A stretch of 10,306 bases of DNA from Thermoplasmata archaeon (lineage in GTDB: Archaea > Thermoplasmatota > Thermoplasmata > GCA-020350865): NCBI GenBank assembly GCA_020348445.1, contig CP070751.1, positions 1,360,112 to 1,370,417 of the forward strand, in the 5' to 3' direction. Numbering within the stretch: position 1 is the first letter of the stretch; every line of letters starts with the position of its first letter. Under the pieces are notes generated by a model that was given only the letters and a program-made list of their open reading frames with translations, ran no database searches and was not told the origin of the DNA. Shown piece after piece: positions 5,889 to 10,306 of the stretch. The translations under genes and the position numbers were made by a program.

Positions 5889-6191
5889 TTACTTGATTTC
5901 AAAACCCTGTTTTCTTATGACCTTCCATCTTGATACATCATGGTTTTCGGCTTTTATGATGATTCCATAATCGATTCTCACTTTCTGAAGGGGACATCTT
6001 ATATTTTCAATGGGCCTTGCATCAAAGTCTAGGCAGTCCCTTCCGCAGTCCCTGATGCAGTCTCTGCAGTTTTCAATGATTGCATTTCTAAGGGCCAAAT
6101 AATCCCTAACAAAGCGCTTTGAGGATTTATTATCCTCTTGAATTTCTTTGTTAGTTTTCTGTATTTTTGTGTTTGCCTTGACATCTTGCAT
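5889..6191 (-). CDS. Small Cys-rich hypothetical protein, 100 aa, probable metal-binding
   Basis: AIIENCRDCIRDCGRDC...RCPL gives C-x2-C-x3-C-x3-C-x12-C. GGGATGGGA RBS-like sequence 4 nt upstream. Confidence 0.65.
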   Translation of the reverse strand: MQDVKANTKIQKTNKEIQEDNKSSKRFVRDYLALRNAIIENCRDCIRDCGRDCLDFDARPIENIRCPLQKVRIDYGIIIKAENHDVSRWKVIRKQGFEIK

Positions 6192-6460
6192 GCGATCCCA
6201 TCCCTATATTGTAGGGTTTATCTCTAATTATATTAATAGTTGAAGTATTATATACATTGTTTTGGAAGGGTAAATGGAAAGAGGAGGATGCCCAGGAGCC
6301 TCGCCAAAGGAGGTATCCTCCCAGGGTCAGTGGCTTTTTTTATTAACATATTTTGGAGGATCAAGTGGCAGAACCCTTCCTATTTTATGGAAGCTTTTTT
6401 ATTCCCATCCAAGTGGATTCGCTTATCGTTCCTGGGCTGCCGATAGCGTATATCTGGGGA

Positions 6461-6862
6461 TTATGGCATTTTATAATATGAATTGAGCTTCTTTTGCTCT
6501 CTTGTTTCCAAGATTTTTGATTTGGTTTGAGTGATAGTTTTTGAATACTTTTCTCTACCTACGATGTATTTTTCAACCTGGGATTCGGTCCAGGATTTTA
6601 TTGCATGGTGAAATGCCTCTTCTCTTCCTGAGATACGCCCTATATCCACGAGATTGTCGACGTCAGAGAGAATGTCTTCACCTATATCGATTATGATGTT
6701 TTCAGTGGAAAGATGGATTTGTTTTAGTCTAATATACTCTTCTATACATTCTCTTAGACCCTCTGAAATGGACGTAATTCCTTCTTTGTCCATTATCCCT
6801 TCAAGTCTTCGTACCAGCTCTTCTGGCACCCTTGCAGATACTCTTTGTGTCTTTTGCACCAT
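6461..6862 (-). CDS. Tandem ribbon-helix-helix (CopG/MetJ/Arc-type) DNA-binding protein, 133 aa
   Basis: Two RHH units: QRVSARVPEELVRRLEGIMDKEGITSISEGLRECIEEYI and NIIIDIGEDILSDVDNLVDIGRISGREEAFHHAIKSW. Start moved from 6982 to the ATG at 6862 because of the GGATGGG RBS and because the extension overlaps the promoter. Confidence 0.85.
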   Translation of the reverse strand: MVQKTQRVSARVPEELVRRLEGIMDKEGITSISEGLRECIEEYIRLKQIHLSTENIIIDIGEDILSDVDNLVDIGRISGREEAFHHAIKSWTESQVEKYIVGREKYSKTITQTKSKILETREQKKLNSYYKMP

Positions 6863-6873
6863 AATACCCATCC

Positions 6874-6899
6874 TAATGGTGTACATTTGTACGCCATTA
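6874..6899. promoter_or_regulatory. Palindromic operator, likely for the RHH protein
   Basis: TAATGGTGTACA-TT-TGTACGCCATTA, an 11/12 inverted repeat lying between the TATA box and the RBS. Confidence 0.65.
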
Positions 6900-6921
6900 T
6901 TATTGATGGTATATACGTGTG

Positions 6922-6929
6922 TATATAAA
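6922..6929 (-). promoter_or_regulatory. BRE-TATA promoter of the RHH gene
   Basis: The minus strand reads CGAAAAACT-TTTATATA. The TATA box overlaps a second inverted repeat, TATATAC-GTGT-GTATATA (6910-6927). Confidence 0.6.
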
Positions 6930-7021
6930 AGTTTTTCGAGGTAAAAATCTTTAAGGATAATATTATTTATTATGTTGAACATTTTGTGTACAAATTGCCA
7001 AAAACAGGGTAAATAGGATAT

Positions 7022-10000
7022 TTAAAGCCTGATATAGTCCTCACCTTTCTTGCCACCCTTTTTTCTGCGAACCAAGATGATTTCCTCATTGCACTTGGGG
7101 CATATCACCTCGTCACCTTCTGTGTCATAGAGCTTTGAGTACCTTTCATTGTATTCATTAATACAGTCCTTGCATAGCTTAGCTCCACAGTCATGCTCTA
7201 TCTTTACAGGATTATTCTCGCATATGAGGCATAGTTCTTCTTCCTCCTCAGCAGCAGGTTCATAATCCAAAGGCTCAGGTACAGGTTTCTCAAAAGGACC
7301 GGCCTCACCTTCAATAGGTTCTGTTAGTATGTGCCGCTCATCAAGGGATTTCACCCTAACCTCTGGTGTCACAACCTCCTGATCATGGAACTGCACAAGC
7401 AGGGCATGCACCCTTTTTGCTTCGAAGATTCCAAGGTTCAAATCCTGTATCAGGCCATTTACATTTCGTCTATGAGGTGGTAGTTCAAGTGCCCGATGAA
7501 GTATCTCCTCAAGTTCGGGATTGACTCTATCGACCTTCATTTCCATCTCATCTGCCTTGTTGATGTAGGCCAAAAGCCTTTTCGCCTTTATTATATCATA
7601 ATCAGAAAAACCCATTACCACATCTGCAAGTCTTAGACCGTTTTTCTCAAATGAAGCGGGATCGTCCCGTAATATACCCACAATGGCCCTGTTGGAATCC
7701 CCCTCGAACCTGTCTCTATCTTTTTGACTTAGGGCATTGATGTCCACATCCTCTTTCCGTGAGAGATATTGGATCACATCATCAAGATAACTGTATGGAA
7801 CATGACAAATTCTGAAGGCCTCCTCCTTGGTGGCAGGTCTTTTGTAATCTTTTTCGAATCTGAGTATGTCCCTTGCATACCGTTCTAGATTACCTTTCTT
7901 GATTTCCTTTTCAGCCAGTTCTTTACCCTCCACAGCAGGCATGTGTTTTGGATCCAGCTCAAGGGCATGATCAAAGCATCTTATGGCCTGTTCGTAGTTC
8001 TTGAGGTTATTCAAAGTCAGGCCTTTGCTGGTCCAGATTGCCTTGTTTTCTGGAGCAAGCCCCAGCCCTCTGTCAAAGCAGCCTATGGCAGCTTCAAGGT
8101 CACCTATTTTTGACAATGACATGCCCTTTCTGTGCCATAAATTAGGATCCTTGTCATCCAAGTTCAGGGCATTATCATAGCTTCTTATGGCTTCCTCGTA
8201 CTTCCCTGTCCTATCCAGCAACATGCCCTTGTTCAACCAATGCGATTTGTTGTTTTCGTCCAAATCGATGGCCCTGTCATAGCAGCCGATTGCAGCCTCG
8301 AACCTCCCAAGGCCCATATATGCCTCGGCCTTGCGAACCCATGACACGATATCATCAGAAATGGTCTCAAGAACTCTGTCAAAACTTCTTATTGCACTTT
8401 CAAATTCGTCCTTTGCCATGAGAGTGTGACCTTTGCCTTTATGGGCATGAATATTGTCCTTATCGATATCCAAAGCTCGATCAAATGCTTCCAGCGCCTC
8501 ATCGTGCTTGCCTGCCTCATAGAGAGCGTGCGCCCTATTCGTCCATATGCGGGCATCGTTGGGATCCAATTCCAGGGCCTTATCATAGCATATTATCGCT
8601 TCTTCATATTCTTCCATCTTCGAAAGCAGTTGGGCCTTATCGTTCCAAAGGAGCTTATCCTTTATCTGCAGTTTCAGTGCCTCATCATAGCTTTTCAGTG
8701 CCGCTTCGTACAGACCCTGCCTGCTTTCTGCCCTGCCCTTTTTCTGCAATGTCGCCACATCCTTTGGATTGAATTCCAAAATGCGGTTGTACAGGTCAAC
8801 AGCCTCCTCCAGTCTGTCCAGGTTTGCCAAAGCCACCCCCTTGTCCCTCAATGCTTCCATATTCCTGGGCTCCAAATCAAGAATTCTATCACAGGAAAAG
8901 ATGACATCCTCGTATCTTTTAAGGGATTTTAATGCCTCCTTCTTCTGGTTCCATATACCGATATTATCAGGCTCAATATTCAAGGCGCTCTCATATGCTG
9001 ATACAGCATCCTTATATTTTCCCAGCTTAGTCAAAGCGAAGGCCTTGTGCTCCAATGCCCTTGCGTTGTTAGGTGAATGTTCCAGGATCCTGTCGCAGGT
9101 TGTCTCGGCTTCCTCGTAATTTTCGAGTTTCATGAGCACATCCTTTTTGGTGATTAGTGCTTCCAGGTTGTCGGAATTGATATCAAGGACCTTGTTAAGA
9201 ATCCTTAAGGCATCGCTCTGCTTGTCCATTTTCACAAGCACCATACCTTTGGCTAATAGAGTACCTTCATCCTTTGGATTCAGATCCAAAGCCGAATCAA
9301 AGGAGACAAGTGACTCTTCGTATCGCCCTAACCAGTCCAAAGCCACACCTTTTAGATACAGATATCTTGAGTTCGTTGAATCTATTGAAAGTGCCTTCTC
9401 ATATGAGAGTAGAGCCTCCTCGTACCTCTCGGAATCTAGGAGTATTTTCCCTCTTTTATCCCACAAATTGGGATCCTGCTCATCCAGTGCAAGGGCCTTG
9501 TCATAACTTCTCACTGCCGCATCGAAATGCTCCAGAAATCTTAGAGCATCACCTTTATTCTCCAAAACATCCTTGTTATCTGGATTCAGTTTCAATGCAG
9601 AATCATAACTTTTTATAGCCTCTTCATAGGCCCCAATTCGGCTTAATGCAATACCTTTTTTCTGAATCGCATCCACGTTCTTGGAATCGAGCCTCAACAA
9701 CTCATCAAAGAGGTCAATTGCTTCATCGTTTCTTGCCAGATTTATGAGTGAAGCACCTTTATCCTCTAGAGCTTCGAGATTTTTTGGTTCTAGATTTAAA
9801 ATGCTTGTGCATGTTTCTATTATATCCTCATCCTTGCCCAATTGTTTTAAAGCATTCTTCTTTTTGAATAGAATGTCCATATCCTCGGGGCTGATTTGTA
9901 AGGCCTTATCATACGAAGAGACAGCCTTGTCCAACTGATTCAGATCCTCTAAAACCCAACCCCTATCTACCCAAGTCTCTAAATCCTTGGGATAGAACTT

Positions 10001-10306
10001 CACGATTAGCTCACAGGTCTCAAGCACTTTATCTGGTTCATTCAGTCTCTTGTACGCTTCTTTTTTATTGACAAGAGCATTGTAGTTTTTTGGATCTATA
10101 ACCAAAGCACGATCAAAGAGATCCACGGCTTCCTTTGTCTCTCCCAGAAACAGCAAGGCAAGGCCTTGGTCATTTAATGCAGGAGTATTTTGGGAATCGA
10201 GCTCCAGTATCTTGTCGCAGATTGCTAGAACATCCTCGTACCTCTCAAGTGCCATCAAGGCGTCCTTTTTATTGCTGAGAGTCATAACATCATCTGGTGC
10301 AAGTTT
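7022..10306 (-). CDS. Giant tetratricopeptide repeat protein with an unassigned helical domain and a C-terminal RING-like zinc finger; 5' end lies beyond the right edge
   Basis: 23 consecutive 34-aa TPR units at 7928-10273. The frame stays open to the window edge (KLAPDDV before the ATG at 10285, itself TPR-like). C-terminal CLIC...HDCGAKLCKDC...CPKC at 7091-7231. Confidence 0.93.
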   Translation of the reverse strand, partial: KLAPDDVMTLSNKKDALMALERYEDVLAICDKILELDSQNTPALNDQGLALLFLGETKEAVDLFDRALVIDPKNYNALVNKKEAYKRLNEPDKVLETCELIVKFYPKDLETWVDRGWVLEDLNQLDKAVSSYDKALQISPEDMDILFKKKNALKQLGKDEDIIETCTSILNLEPKNLEALEDKGASLINLARNDEAIDLFDELLRLDSKNVDAIQKKGIALSRIGAYEEAIKSYDSALKLNPDNKDVLENKGDALRFLEHFDAAVRSYDKALALDEQDPNLWDKRGKILLDSERYEEALLSYEKALSIDSTNSRYLYLKGVALDWLGRYEESLVSFDSALDLNPKDEGTLLAKGMVLVKMDKQSDALRILNKVLDINSDNLEALITKKDVLMKLENYEEAETTCDRILEHSPNNARALEHKAFALTKLGKYKDAVSAYESALNIEPDNIGIWNQKKEALKSLKRYEDVIFSCDRILDLEPRNMEALRDKGVALANLDRLEEAVDLYNRILEFNPKDVATLQKKGRAESRQGLYEAALKSYDEALKLQIKDKLLWNDKAQLLSKMEEYEEAIICYDKALELDPNDARIWTNRAHALYEAGKHDEALEAFDRALDIDKDNIHAHKGKGHTLMAKDEFESAIRSFDRVLETISDDIVSWVRKAEAYMGLGRFEAAIGCYDRAIDLDENNKSHWLNKGMLLDRTGKYEEAIRSYDNALNLDDKDPNLWHRKGMSLSKIGDLEAAIGCFDRGLGLAPENKAIWTSKGLTLNNLKNYEQAIRCFDHALELDPKHMPAVEGKELAEKEIKKGNLERYARDILRFEKDYKRPATKEEAFRICHVPYSYLDDVIQYLSRKEDVDINALSQKDRDRFEGDSNRAIVGILRDDPASFEKNGLRLADVVMGFSDYDIIKAKRLLAYINKADEMEMKVDRVNPELEEILHRALELPPHRRNVNGLIQDLNLGIFEAKRVHALLVQFHDQEVVTPEVRVKSLDERHILTEPIEGEAGPFEKPVPEPLDYEPAAEEEEELCLICENNPVKIEHDCGAKLCKDCINEYNERYSKLYDTEGDEVICPKCNEEIILVRRKKGGKKGEDYIRL

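Noticed and set aside
6306-6318. Minus-strand GGATACCTCCTTT resembling the 16S rRNA 3' tail
   Set aside because: No other rRNA sequence nearby; it is just the complement of an SD-like string.
6240-6486. Plus-strand ORFs 6240-6446 and 6274-6486
   Set aside because: Overlapping ORFs in two frames with no RBS or motifs; the region is better explained as structured non-coding sequence.
6654-6982. Plus-strand ORF 6654-6944 and the 40-aa N-terminal extension of the RHH ORF
   Set aside because: The first is an antisense shadow; the second runs through the promoter and operator.
8389-9938. Multiple overlapping ORFs inside the TPR gene
   Set aside because: Alternative-frame and antisense shadows of a long, biased coding sequence.

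Overview
Archaeal DNA, most likely Thermoplasmatota (inferred from the geranylgeranyl reductase, the intron-containing tRNA, the tandem-RHH protein and the large TPR protein). Most of it is ordinary chromosome. From left to right: the 5' end of an FAD-linked oxidoreductase that the ORF track missed, a nucleotidyltransferase with an unannotated 44-aa partner, tRNA-Leu(CAA) with a 23-nt intron, a wHTH-like hypothetical protein, a TrmB-family regulator, digeranylgeranylglycerophospholipid reductase, a candidate 36-aa ORF, a YycJ/WalJ-like metallo-beta-lactamase-fold hydrolase, a small Cys-rich protein, a tandem ribbon-helix-helix regulator with a palindromic operator, and a 5'-truncated giant TPR protein ending in a RING-like zinc finger. 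Two things stand out. (1) At 878-1417 the tRNA is flanked symmetrically: on each side is an inverted copy of the adjacent tRNA end 21 nt away, then a hairpin-rich segment, then a direct copy of that end. The nucleotidyltransferase pair lies just downstream on the same strand. (2) The TPR protein carries a C-terminal RING-variant domain, an architecture like that of an E3 ligase. All calls come from reading the sequence by eye; no database searches or folding programs were run.
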